DNA of 64,000 nt, from assembly GCF_044704955.1 (NCBI RefSeq), contig NC_091997.1, positions 37,014,001-37,078,000 on the forward strand, given 5' to 3'. Source of the DNA: Pristiophorus japonicus. Taxonomy: Eukaryota. The notes beneath the pieces were generated by a model, which was given only the letters and a program-made list of their open reading frames with translations, had not been told where the DNA came from and ran no database searches. Shown one piece after another: positions 1 to 11,427 of this stretch (position 1 is its first letter; the number at the start of each line of letters is the position of its first letter). The translations under genes and the position numbers were made by a program.

Positions 1-352
1 ATAACTCGGCTGTAAACATCGCGAGTGAATGGCCGACGATATCTAGATCACCAGATGCACCCTGCAAACTCCATGGGTAGTAACAGGCTGCAGTCATCAG
101 TAACAAATCCACAAATAGTCTCAGGCAGATGCCACTTCCCCTGACTGGCAGCCACTGTCAGCATGCAGTCTGTCTCTGAGCTGCAGATTAGCACAGGCCC
201 CCTGTGGGTGGCAGCTGGAGGCCAGGGCGAGCATTGTTCCTGCTCACTGCCTCGGTCACGAGTGACAGACTGACCATACGTATTGTGCCTGTCAGTCAAC
301 CAGTGTCCAAGTAACGATTCACAGAAAGACCGGGATCGAGATTTATAAAGTA

Positions 353-405
353 ACTGACTCTCACTGGGGTACGGGTCCCACACACACTGACTCTCACTGG
401 GGTAC
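353..405 (-). repeat. Short copy of the ~33-bp GAGAGTCAGTGTGTGTGGGACCCGTACCCCAGT minisatellite
   Basis: Reverse complement of the unit seen at 11005-11400, 57915-58756 and 61677-62348. Confidence 0.85.
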
Positions 406-1925
406 ATAAGAACATTAAAAATAGGAGCAGGAGTCGGCCATATGGCCCCTCAAGCCTGCTCCGCCATTCAATAAGATCATGGCTGATCCGACCTTGGGCT
501 CAGCTCCACTTCCCTGCCGGCTCCCCATAACCTTTTACTCCTTTATCGCTCAAAAATATGTCTATCTCCACCTTAAATATATTCAATGACCCAACCTCCA
601 CAGCTTCTGGGGCAAAGAATTCCACAGATTTACAACCCTCTGAAATAAATTCCTCCTCATCTCAGTTTTATATGGGCAGTCCTTTATTCTGAGACTATGT
701 CCCCTAGTTTTAGTTTCCCCTATGAGTGGAATTATCCTCTCTGCATCCACCTTGTCGAGTCCCCTCATTATCTTATATGTTTCGATAAGATCACCTCTCA
801 TTCTTCTGAACTCCAATATGTATATGCCCAACCTACTCAACCTATCCTCATAATCAACCCCCTCATCTCCAGAATCAACCTAGTGAACCTTCTCTGAACA
901 GCTTCCAATGCAAGTATATGCTTCCTTAAATACAGAGACCAAAACTGTACGCAGCACTCCAGGTGTGGCCTCACCAATACCCTGTACAGTTGTAGCAGGA
1001 CTTCTCTGCTTTTATACTCCATCCCCCTTGCAATAAAGGCCAACATTCCATTTGCCTTCCTGATCACTTGCTGTACCTGCATACTAACTTTTTGTGTTTC
1101 ATGCACAAGGATCCCCAGGTCCCTCTGTACTGCAGCACTTTGCAATTTTTCTCCATTTAAATTATAATATGCTTTCAATTTTTTCTGCTAAAGTTTAACC
1201 TCACATTTTCGCACATTATACTCCATCTGCCAAATTTTTGCCCACTCACTTAACCTGTCTATTCCTTTGCAGACTTTTTGTGTCCTCCTCACAATTTGCT
1301 TTTCCACCCATCTTTGCATCATCAGCAAATCTGGCTACATTACACTCGATCCCTTCATCCAAGTCATTAATATAGATTGTAAATAGTTGAGGCCCCAGCA
1401 CTGATCCCTGCGGCACCCCACTAGTTACTGTTTGCCAACCGGAAAATGACCCATTTATCCCGACTCTCTGTTTTCTGTTAGTTAGCCAATCCTCGATCCA
1501 TGCTAATATATTACTCCCAACCCCGTGAACTTTTATCTTGTGCAGTAACCTTTTGTGTGGCACCTTATCGAATGCCTTCTGGAAACCCAAATACACCACA
1601 ACCCATGGTTCCCCCTTATCCACCCTGCTCATTACATCCTCAAAGAACTCCAGCAAATTTGTCAAACATGATTTCCCTTTCATAAAACCATGTTGACTCT
1701 GCTTAATTGAATCATGCTTTTGCAAATGTCCTGCTACTGCTTCCTTAATAATGGACGCCAACATTTTCCCAACGACAGATGTTAGGCTACCTGGTCGAGA
1801 GTTTCCTGCCTTTTGTCTGCCTCCTTGTTTTTACATTTGTGGCTTTCCAATCCGCTGGGACCGCCCCAGAATCCAGGGAATTTTAGTAGTTTACAACCAA
1901 TGTATCCACTATCTCTGCAGCCACT
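404..1925 (-). mobile_element. 5'-truncated CR1-clade LINE (RT and 3' end, frameshifted)
   Basis: ORFs 1246..1764 (QHGF, KAFDKV, GVPQGSVLGP, FADD), 837..1178 and 583..840 (RPHLE..VQFW, RRMRGDLIE, WNSLP); ATAAGAAC-type tail at the left end. Confidence 0.93.
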
Positions 1926-2154
1926 AAGACCCTAGTACAGACTCGGAAACACTAACAAGGTCCTAAAAAATAGAGCAGCTCTGCTCTCCAACACAACCCA
2001 TCCAGAATGACACTTTTTCTTCAAAAGGGCTTCGATGTGAGCAGTAATGGTTAATGTCACAATTACACCGACGTGCCCTGGAGAATAGTCTCCCAAACAC
2101 TGAGACACAGCACATCCCACACACTGCTATTGACATCCCACGCTCACAAGGCAG

Positions 2155-2699
2155 AGCCCCGGGGGAACGGCCCAGTACCACAGGGCAGGCCCCGGGGGAA
2201 GGGCCCGGTCCCACAGGGCAGGCCCCGGGGGAAGGGCCCGGTCCCACAGGGCAGGCCCCGGGGGAAGGGCCCGGTCCCACAGGGCAGGCCCCGGGGGAAG
2301 GGCCCGGTCCCACAGGGCAGGCCCCGGGGGAAGGGCCCGGTCCCACAGGGCAGGCCCCGGGGGAAGGGCCCGGTCCCACAGGGCAGGCCCCGGGGGAAGG
2401 GCCCGGTCCCACAGGGCAGGCCCCGGGGGAAGGGCCCGGTACCACAGGGCAGGCCCCGGGGGAACGGTCCGGTCCCACAGGGCAGGCCCCGGGGGAAGGG
2501 CCCGGTCCCACAGGGCAGGCCCCGGGGGAACGGCCCAGTACCACAGGGCAGGCCCCGGGGGAAGGGCCCGGTCCCACAGGGCAGGCCCCGGGGGAACAGC
2601 CCAGTCCCACAGGGCAGGCCCCGGGGGAAGGGCCCGGTACCACAGGGCAGGGCCCCGGGGGAAGGGCCCGGTACCACAGGGCAGGGCCCCGGGGGAAGG
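2155..2699 (+). repeat. 33-bp GC-rich minisatellite (GGGCAGGCCCCGGGGGAAGGGCCCGGTCCCACA), left part
   Basis: Direct tandem units giving an 11-aa periodicity in all overlapping ORFs. Confidence 0.95.
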
Positions 2700-2946
2700 T
2701 GATATGTCCTTACTATACAGTATAAATGCACACGAGGCCCATACTTGAAAGAAGGTCACTCTGTGACCAGTTACCTTTATTACCAAGACCTCAAGTGATG
2801 AAGGTGGGTGGAGCTTCCCCTTTTATACCTGAAAGTCCCGGTTAGGAATGTCTCCCACAAGTTCACTCCCTTGTGGTCAATGTTCTCAAAGTGTACAATT
2901 TAGGTCAGCTTATACATGGGTTACAATGATAGTTGAATACATGACA
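2700..2946 (-). repeat. 3' LTR of the Gypsy element
   Basis: Direct repeat of 7417-7663; on the minus strand it has TATAAAA (~2821-2827) and AATAAA (~2776-2781). Confidence 0.95.
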
Positions 2947-3200
2947 TCACCTCCTTTCTCCTCTCTCCTCTCCCCCCCCCCCTCCTCTCTCTTCCCCCCC
3001 CCTCCTCTCTCTCCTCTCCCCCCCCTCCCTCCTCTTACCCCCCCCTCCCTCCCCTCTTTCTCCCCCCCCTCTCTTTCTCTTCCCCCCCTTTCTCTTCCCC
3101 CTCTTTCTCTTCTCCCCCCCCCTCTTTCCTCCCCCCCCCCTCTTTCCTCCCCCCCCTCTCTTTCCTCCCCCCCACCTCTCTTTCCCCCCCCCCTCCCCCC
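2947..3200 (-). repeat. Polypurine tract expanded into a G/A microsatellite
   Basis: Almost pure C/T on the plus strand, directly abutting the 3' LTR. Confidence 0.85.
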
Positions 3201-3317
3201 AAGTCTTATTGGGATCACAGGTTAAGTCTCTCTGGTGGTTTACGCTCCCTTGTAGAGCGCCTGAGTTGGGGCTCCGGTTGTTGGGCGCTGGCCTGAGTGT
3301 CTGCTGTTTGCGGTGCC

Positions 3318-6300
3318 TCAGGCCTGTCTGGACTGCTCACAGTGACTGGGCTCTCCTCCACTTGGTTCCGGTGTTCGGTCACCTGTAGAGGAGTCGTGTT
3401 CTTCCTCTGCTTCTTCTATGGGGTTGCTGAACCTCCTTTTAGTTTGATTCACGTGTTTGCGGCAGATTTGTCCATCGGTAATTTTAACTACCAAAACCCT
3501 ATTCCCCTCTTTGGCAATCACAGTGCCTGCAAGCCATTTGGGCCCTGCAGCGTAATTAAGGACAAAAACAAGGTCATTGACATCAATACATCGCGCTCTC
3601 GCATTCCTGGTAGTCACATTGTGACTGACGCCTGCTCTCAACAATTTCTTTCATAATAGGGTGTATAAGGGGTAACCTGGTTTTGAGCATTCTTTTCATC
3701 AGCAGCTCTGCGGGTGGAACCCCTGTGAGCGAGTGTGGTCGGGATCTATTGGCCAACAGGAGGCGTGATAAGCGGCTTTGTAGGGAACCCCCTTGGATTC
3801 AGAGCATCCCCTGTTAGATTATCTGCACTGCTCGTTCCGCCTGGCCGTTTGAGGCCGGCTTCAACGGTGCCGTTCTGACATGGTTGATTCCATTGCCTGC
3901 CATGAAGTCCTGGAATTCAGTGCTTGTGAAGCACGGGCCATTGTCGCTGACCAAGACATCCCGTAGACCATGGGGGTCGAACATTGCCCGTAGACTTTCT
4001 ACCGTGGCAGAGGATGTGCTTGAATTTAAAATGGCACACTCAATCCATTTGGAGTAGGCGTCTACTACAACCAAAAACATTTTTTCCATGAAAGGACCTG
4101 CGTAGTCCACATGGATGCGTGACCATGGCTTGGCGGGCCAGGGGCTAAGGGGGGCTTCCCTGGGTGCGTTGCCCAGCTGGACACATGTGTAGCACCTGCG
4201 AACACAAAGTTCCAGGTCTGCATCTATCCCTGACCACCAAACGTGTGACCTGGCAATTGCCATCATGATGACAATGTCTGGGTGCTCATTGTGAAGTTCT
4301 CTGATAAACACCTCTCTGCCCATCTGGGGCATGACTACTCGGTTTCCCCACAGGAGGCAATCAGCCTACATCGAGAGTTCATCCTTGCGCCTATGAAACA
4401 GTTTAAATTCCTCAGGGCATGCCCCGTACGTGGCTGCCCAGTCCCCATTCAGGACACATTTCTTAACTAAAGACAGTAGCAGGTCTTTATTTGTCCAGAC
4501 TTTAATCTGACGGGCTGTCACAGGTAAGCCTTCGCTTTCGAAAGCTTCAACAGCCATGACCATCTCAGCATCATGCTCAGTTGCCCCCTCAGTGGTGGCT
4601 AGTGGGAGCCTGCTGAGTGCATCGGCGCAGTTTTCAGTGCCCGGCCTGTGCCGAATTGTGTAGTCATAGGTGGCTAACGTGAGTGCCCACCTCTGTATGC
4701 GGGCCGATGCATTTGCATTTATGGCCTTGTTGTCGGCCAAAAGGGACTTTAGGGGTTTGTGATCTGTCTCCAGCTCAAATTTCCTGCCAAACAGGTACTG
4801 GTGCATTTTTTTTCCTGCATATACACATGCTAGCGCTTCCTTTTCTACCATCCCGTAGCCCCCTTCTGCCTGTGACAGATTTCTGGAGGCATAAGCTACC
4901 GGCTGTAACTGACCATTGGCATTCACATGCTGCAACACACACCCAACCCCATAGGACGACGTATCGCACGTTAAAACAAGTTTCTTACACGGGTCATATA
5001 ACGTTAACAGTTTGTTGGAGCATAACAAATTGCGTGCTCTATCAAAAGCCCTTTCCTGGCTGTCCCCCCAGACCCAATCTCGACCTTTGCGTAGGAGCAC
5101 GTGTAGCGGCTCTAACAGCGTGCTCAATTTGGGAAGAAAGTTAACAAAGTAGTTCGGAGCCCCAGGAACGAACACAGCTCCGTCGTGTTACGGGGCCTGG
5201 GTGCTCTCTGGATCACTTCCGTTTTGGAAGCAGTAGGTCTGATCCCGTCTGCTGCTACCCTCCTTCCCAGGAATTCTACCTCTGGAGCCAAGAAGATGCA
5301 CTTCGCCTTTTTCAGTCCCAGCCCTATCCGGTCCAGTCTGCATAGCACCTCCTCCAGGTTGTGGAGGTGTTCTTTAGTATCGCGACCCGTGATGAGGATG
5401 TCGTCTTGAAAAACCACCGTCCTTGGAATCAACTTGAGGAGGCTTTCCATATTTCGCTGAAAGATCACGGCGGCTAAACAAATCCCGAACGGACATCTGT
5501 TATACTCAAACAACCCCTTGTGTGTCGTGATGGTGGTCAGCTTCTTCAACTCACTCGCCAGCTCCTGGGACATGTAAGCTGAGGTCAGGTCCAATTTTGA
5601 AAAAAGTTTGCCACCGGATAGCGTCGCAAAGAGGTCCTCCGCTCTCGGTAGTGGGTACTGGTCTTGGAGTGACACCCAATTGATGGTGGCCTTGTAATCA
5701 CCACATATCCTGACCGACCCATCCGTCTTGAGCACCGGCACGATCGGGCTCACCCAGTCACTGAATTCGACTGGCGAGATGATGCCTTCCCTCAGCAGGC
5801 GGTCCAATTCGCCTTCTATCTTTTCCCGCATCACGTATGGCACCACTCTGGCCTTGTGTACTGGCCTGGCGTCCGGGTTTATGTGAATCACTACTTTGGC
5901 CCCCATGAAAGTGCCGATGCCGGGTTGAAATAATGAGTCAAATTTTACCAGGACCTGTGAGCATGATACTCGCTCCACAGAAGAAATTGTACTGACATCG
6001 CTCCATTTCCAATTCATGACAGCAAGCCAACTCCTCCCCAGTAGTGCGGGACCGTCCCCCGGAATAATCCAGAGTGGCAACCTGTTCCCCGAATCTTTGT
6101 GGGTTACGACTACCGTGGTGCTGCCTAGCTCCGGAATTATCTCCTTTGTATATGTCCGTAGCTGTGCGTCAATCCGCAATAATTTTGGCCTCCTGGCCTT
6201 GGACACCCACAACCTTTCGAACTGTTTGATACTCATCAGGGACTGGCTGGCCCCCGTGTCTAGCTCCATTAATACTGGGATGCCATTGAGGAGCACTTTC

Positions 6301-7380
6301 ATCATTATCGGTGGCATCCTGGTGTATGAACTGTATACGTGCTCCACATGAACTCGCTGAACTTCAGCTTCCAGCGATTTCCCCCAGTATTCATTTGGCC
6401 TCGAAGGGCTTACATCGGGCCCGTCCTCCTCGTACATCAACCTGGCGGCAGGCTTCCTGCACATACGCGCCAAGTGACCGCTGACGTTGCAGTTTCTGCA
6501 GGTATATTGCTGATACCTGCAAGCTCTGGCTGAGTGTTTGCCTCCACACCTCCAGCATGAGCTGGAGGCCCCGTTGTTGGAAACAAAAGGTCCATTACCA
6601 GTCAATCATCTCTGAAACTGTCCTTAAGCGCACCATTAACAGGTGTTGATGGCCCCATTACTGGCTGCATTGTCCATTGCGATGGCATAAATCGCCGTTC
6701 AGCTAGCCATTGTCTCTGTTGCATTCCCCCTTTGGGTTCGACTACATGCTGCGGCATGTCCGATTGTCCTTGTCTGCCTAGAGAACTGTGTGCTCCGTTA
6801 ACAATGCTGACTCCCTGGTCGTTTGCCGCATTTGAGCCAAGATTTCTGTCATACATCATTCTGGTCTCTTCCTCCCCTGAGATAAATGTCTGGGCTATCA
6901 GAGCCACCGCTTCCAAGGTCAAGTCTTTGGTTTTAATCAGTTTCCTGAAAACCCTGGCATGCCCGATGCCCTCAATAAAAAAGTCTTGCAGCATCTCCGC
7001 TCTGCATGCATCTGGGAACTTACATAGGCTCGCCAGTCGCCGGAGATCTGCCACGAAGTCTGGAACGCTTTGCCCTTCTCACCACCGGTGCGTGTAAAAC
7101 CGGTGTCTCGCCATGTGCATGCTGCTCGCCGGTTAAAGGTGTTCCCCGATCAACTTACTGAGCTCTTCGAACGTCTTGTCCGCCGGCTTCTCTGGCGCGA
7201 GAAGGTCCTTCATCGGGAGTACATTCTGGATCCACAAACCGTCAGGAGATGAGCCCTGCGTTTGTCGGCCGAATCCTGTCCCAACCATTCCTTAGTGACA
7301 AAACTTTGCTGTAGTCTCTCAATAACGTCATCCCAATCATCACTAACACAGTACCTCTCGTCTGTGCTGCTAGTGGCCAT
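3318..7380 (-). pseudogene. Gypsy gag-pol broken by frameshifts and stops
   Basis: Gag start MATSST at 7380; zinc knuckle CRNCNVSGHLARMC; protease LDTGAS; RT VFQDDILI; RNase H LTCDTSSYG and ETDHKPL; integrase HVDYAGPF, SDNGPCF, SNGQAERAV. Spread over at least six ORF fragments. Confidence 0.93.
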
Positions 7381-7405
7381 GCTCGTGTGGTTTAAATCCC
7401 AGTTT

Positions 7406-7415
7406 CTCGTCGCCA
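7406..7415 (-). promoter_or_regulatory. Primer binding site TGGCGACGAG (tRNA-Ser-like)
   Basis: Lies 1 nt after the 5' LTR and is complementary to a tRNA 3' end CUCGUCGCCA. Confidence 0.8.
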
Positions 7416-7416
7416 A

Positions 7417-7663
7417 TGATATGTCCTTACTGTACAGTATAAATGCATACAAGGCCCATACGTGAGAGGTGGTCACTCTGTGACCAGTTACCTTTATTAC
7501 CAAGACCTCAAGTGATGAAGGTGGGTAGAACTTCCCCTTTTATACCTGAAAGTCCAGGTTAGGAGTGTCTCCCACAAGTTCACCCCCTTGTGGTCAATGT
7601 TCTCAAGGTGTACAACTTATGTCAGCTTATACATGGGTTACAATGATAGTTGAATACATGACA
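7417..7663 (-). repeat. 5' LTR of the Gypsy element
   Basis: Co-linear with 2700-2946, about 15 substitutions counted by eye. Confidence 0.95.
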
Positions 7664-8010
7664 GAAGGGCCCGGTCCCACAGGGCAGGCCCGGGGGAAGG
7701 GCCCGGTCCCACAGGGCAGGCCCCGGGGGAAGGGCCCGGTCCCACAGGGCAGGCCCCGGGGGAAGGGCCCGGTCCCACAGGGCAGGCCCCGGGGGAAGGG
7801 CCCGGTCCCACAGGGCAGGCCCCGGGGGAAGGGCCCGGTCCCACAGGGCAGGCCCCGGGGGAAGGGCCCGGTCCCACAGGGCAGGCCCCGGGGGAAGGGC
7901 CCGGTCCCACAGGGCAGGCCCCGGGGGAAGGGCCCGGTCCCACAGGGCAGGCCCCGGGGGAAGGGCCCGGTCCCACAGGGCAGGCCCCGGGGGAAGGGCC
8001 CGGTCCCTGT
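7664..8010 (+). repeat. 33-bp minisatellite, right part, resuming after the Gypsy TSD
   Basis: About 10 near-identical units in phase with the left array. Confidence 0.95.
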
Positions 8011-8199
8011 GTGACGAAGTGTTTTCATGATGTCATGCCTGATCGACCTGGCCCTAATGTTAAGCTCGTGCTCCTTTTACCAGATTCCTCATCAGAGGAA
8101 ATAATTTCTCTGTATCTTGCTGATTGAGATTGTTTCATTCCACATTTATCATATCTCTTTTCCCTTCTAAGTATTTCATAGAGTTATAGACTCACAAAA

Positions 8200-9310
8200 A
8201 TTAGACACCGAAGCAGGCCATTTGGCCCATCATGTCCGCGCCGGCCAAAAAAGAGCCACCCAGCCTAATCCCAGCTCTCTGTCCGTAGCCCTGCAGGATA
8301 CGGCACTTCAGATGCACATCTAAGTACTTTTTAAATGTGGTGAGGGTTTCTGCCTCTACCACCCTTTTAGGCCGTGAGTTCCAGACCCCCACCACCCTCT
8401 GGATGAAGAAATATTTCCTCATCTCCCCTCTAGTCCTTTCACCAATTACTTTAAATCTATGCCCCCTGGTTATTGACCCCTCTGCTCAGGGAAATAGAGT
8501 GGATAGGAAGGGTCTATCGAGGCCTCTCAGAATTTTATACACCTCAATTAAATCTCCCCTCAGCTTCCTCTGTTCCAAGAAACACAACCCCAGCCTATCC
8601 AATCTTTCCTCATAGCTAAAATTCTCCAGTCCAGGCAACATCCTCGTAAATCTCTGCACCTTTTCCAGTGCAACCACACCTTTTCTGTAATGTGGTGACC
8701 AGAACTGCACGCAGTACTCCAGCTGCGGCCTAACTAGTGATGTATACAGTTCAAGCATAACCTCCCTGCTCTTGCATTCTCTGCCTCGGCTAATAAAGGC
8801 AAGTATTCCGTATGCCTTTTTAACTAAATGTGCCGATACCTTTAAGGATCTGTGGACCTGCACTCCACGGTCCCTCTGGTCCTCCACACCTCAGTATCCT
8901 CCCATTTATTGTATAGTCCCTTGTCTTGTTGCCCCTCCGCAAATGCATTACCTCACACTTTTCCAGATTGAATTCCACTTGCCCAACTGACCCGTTCATC
9001 GATATCTTCCTGCAGTCTAGAGCTTTCCACCTCACTGTCAACCTCACGGCCAATTTTTGTATCAGCTGCAAATTTCTTATCATGCCCCCTACATTTAAGT
9101 CCAAATCATAAACTTTTACTGCAAAAAGTTAGGGAGCGAGTACTGAGTCCTGCGGAACCCCACTGGAAACAGCCTTCAGTTACAAAAACTCCTCTCAGTC
9201 ATTCCCCTTTGCTTCCTGCCAATTTGCCACCCTTCCTCGGATCCCATGGGCTTTTACTTTGTTGATCAGCCTGCCATGTGGGGCCTTGTCAAAAGCTCCC
9301 ACATAAAACA
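8200..9310 (-). mobile_element. Degenerate CR1 LINE 3' fragment
   Basis: ORFs with RPQLEYCVQFWSP, RKLRGDLIEVYKI and FFIQRVVGVWNS. Confidence 0.9.
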
Positions 9311-9356
9311 TTCATTTCCTCTCGCAACAGTTTTGTGCTCGAGTATTCTGGATTTA

Positions 9357-9590
9357 CCCCTGTGGGACCGGGCCCTTCCCCCGCTGCCTGCCCTGTGGGA
9401 CCGGGCCCTTCCCCCGCTGCCTGCCCTGTGGGACCGGGCCCTTCCCCCGCTGCCTGCCCTGTGGGACCGGGCCCTTCCCCCGCTGCCTGCCCTGTGGGAC
9501 CGGGCCCTTCCCCCGCTGCCTGCCCTGTGGGACCGGGCCCTTCCCCCGCTGCCCTGTGGGACCGGGCCCTTCCCCCGGTGCCTGCCCTGA
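9357..9590 (-). repeat. Inverted copy of the 33-bp minisatellite (variant unit)
   Basis: CCCTGTGGGACCGGGCCCTTCCCCCGCTGCCTG about 7 times; reverse complement of the 2155/7664 unit. Confidence 0.92.
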
Positions 9591-9779
9591 GAGCCTGGGT
9601 TTGTCAATAGCAGTGTCTCAGTGTTCAGGAGATTATTCTCCAGGGCGTGTCGGTGTAATTGCGACATTCCAGTCTCCAAATTGAAAGGTGAAATCTTCCA
9701 GCAGCTTCCGTCCCTCAGTGACCCCGGAGTTGTGCTGATGCAGGAAATGGTCCTCAGTCACTGACAACGCTGCAAGAAC

Positions 9780-10200
9780 CGGGCGGCGGCATGCTGGTAG
9801 GGGTCCCTGGGCGTTCGGGGGAGGGGCATGCCCCAGGCCCACCCCACCGGAGCTGTGGATGTTCCTCACACGACCAATGATGTAGCTTGGGTACGCAGTC
9901 AGACAGCGACTGCTCCCTGGGGCGGGGCAGGACAGGACGGAGCAGCCGTGCGATGGGAGCGTTGCTGAGCTGAGGCCCCCAGTCCATGCTGAGCAGCCGG
10001 GGGCCGTGGCGGAGCCCGTCGGGGGGGCGGAGCCAGAGTGTGAGGGGGGAGGAGCCTATCAGGGGCCCGGGGGTGGAGCCAGAGTGTGAGGGGGAGGAGC
10101 CTATCAGGGGCCCGGGGGTGGAGCCAGAGTGTGAGGGGGAGGAGCCTATCAGGGGCCCGGGGGTGGAGCCAGAGTGAGGGGGAGGAGCGGGTCGGGCGGG
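9780..10200 (-). promoter_or_regulatory. CpG/GC-box-rich putative promoter with a 45-bp triple repeat
   Basis: GGGGCGG and GGGGGAGGAG boxes, three 45-bp repeats at ~10030-10190, and a minus-strand ATG in strong Kozak context (agcATGG) at 9987. Confidence 0.35.
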
Positions 10201-10221
10201 TGCAGAGTGTGTAGGTTGTCA

Positions 10222-10758
10222 GGGGCCGAAGTTCAGTCCCGCTGTGTTTGAGGCCGTGTCACCGCCCGTTGCTGATTTTAGCGCTCGGCGTTAGGTGCGG
10301 GCTCCAACGGCCAATGATGAGAGAGCAGCACTGAATGTGGCCTTGCACTCTCACCCTCGGGCGAGAGCTCAGGAACCGACTGAATTTCCCATCGGGGGGC
10401 TACCGCTATGCTCACTCGGAAACGAGATGAAAAGGGGAAAAAGAAACGCGCAAACTTCCTCACTGTTACAATAATGAAATAAGAAAAACACTTACCTTTG
10501 TCTCCAGGTGAATCCGCCCGAGCTCCGCTGTTTACTCACGGCTGTACGACAGCGTGCCGACGTTCAAACTAAATATCGCGCTCGAGGCGCCAAGGAGGCG
10601 TTGCCCACGCACTGACATCATGGTGGGACAATGTTTTAACGCCCTTAAACAACGAGCACCGACTCTCGCGTCAGGCGCTTACAGCACCCTGAGCCACGCA
10701 CACCTGCCTGACACCCAGTTAACACTGAACATCGGCGTCAGCAACTGAATTCCGCCCC
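10222..10758. mobile_element. Putative MITE (non-autonomous DNA transposon, Harbinger-like ends)
   Basis: Imperfect terminal inverted repeats GGGGCCGAAGTTCAGT ... ACTGAATTCCGCCCC; no clear TSD. Confidence 0.5.
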
Positions 10759-11004
10759 GAGAGAGTGCAGCTCTCAGTCTACACTGTGTGAGCACATGTT
10801 GTGACAGAGCATTGTGTTAACATGGCTTGTTCCAGTTCCCTCTCTGAAGCTTTCACTTGGGTTTCCAGTTTCAAATAACCGAGAAAATAAAATATTAATT
10901 TTACACTGAACTTCATGTCTGTGTCACCATTAGTACCGTGGTTCCATGATTCCAGATTCTTCTCCTGTTACTCAAATATATTTCTCCATCTCAGCATTTT
11001 AAAC

Positions 11005-11400
11005 GTGAGAGTCAGTGTGTGTGGAACTGTACCCCAGTGAGAGTCAGTGTGTGTGGAACTACCACAGTGAGAGTCTGTGTGTGGAACTGTAACCCAGTGA
11101 GAGTCTGTGTGTGGAACTGTAACCCAGTGAGAGTCCGTGTGTGTGGAACTGTACCCCAGTGAGAGTCAGTGTGTGTGGGACCTGTACCCCAGTGAGAGTC
11201 AGTGTGTGTGGGACCTGTACCCCAGTGAGAGTCAGTGTGTGTGGGACCTGTACCCCAGTGAGAGTCAGTGTGTGTGGAACTGTACCCCAGTGAGAGTCAG
11301 TGTGTGTGGAACTGTACCCCAGTGAGAGTCAGTGTGTGTGGAACTGTACCCCAGTGAGAGTCAGTGTGTGTGGAACTGTACCCCAGTGAGAGTCAGTGTG
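11005..11400 (+). repeat. ~32-33-bp minisatellite GAGAGTCAGTGTGTGTGGAACTGTACCCCAGT
   Basis: About 12 tandem units. Confidence 0.95.
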
Positions 11401-11427
11401 GGCATGAGGAAGTAATTTTTCACACTA

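Larger units (their letters stand above)
2700..7663 (-). mobile_element. Complete Ty3/Gypsy LTR retrotransposon (Mag-like), decayed
   Basis: Two 247-bp TG...CA LTRs, 5-bp TSD GAAGG (2695-2699 and 7664-7668), PBS, PPT and domain order gag-PR-RT-RH-IN. Confidence 0.96.

Noticed and set aside
1963-2786. Repetitive ORFs over the 33-bp minisatellite (likewise 7565-8028, 9246-9679, 20245-21622, 61652-62324)
   Set aside because: Translations of tandem repeats, open in several frames on both strands, with no splice or homology support.
11005-11400. Regular ~32-bp repeats as a possible CRISPR array (also 57915-58756 and 61677-62348)
   Set aside because: Head-to-tail units with no unique spacers, no cas genes, and a vertebrate context.
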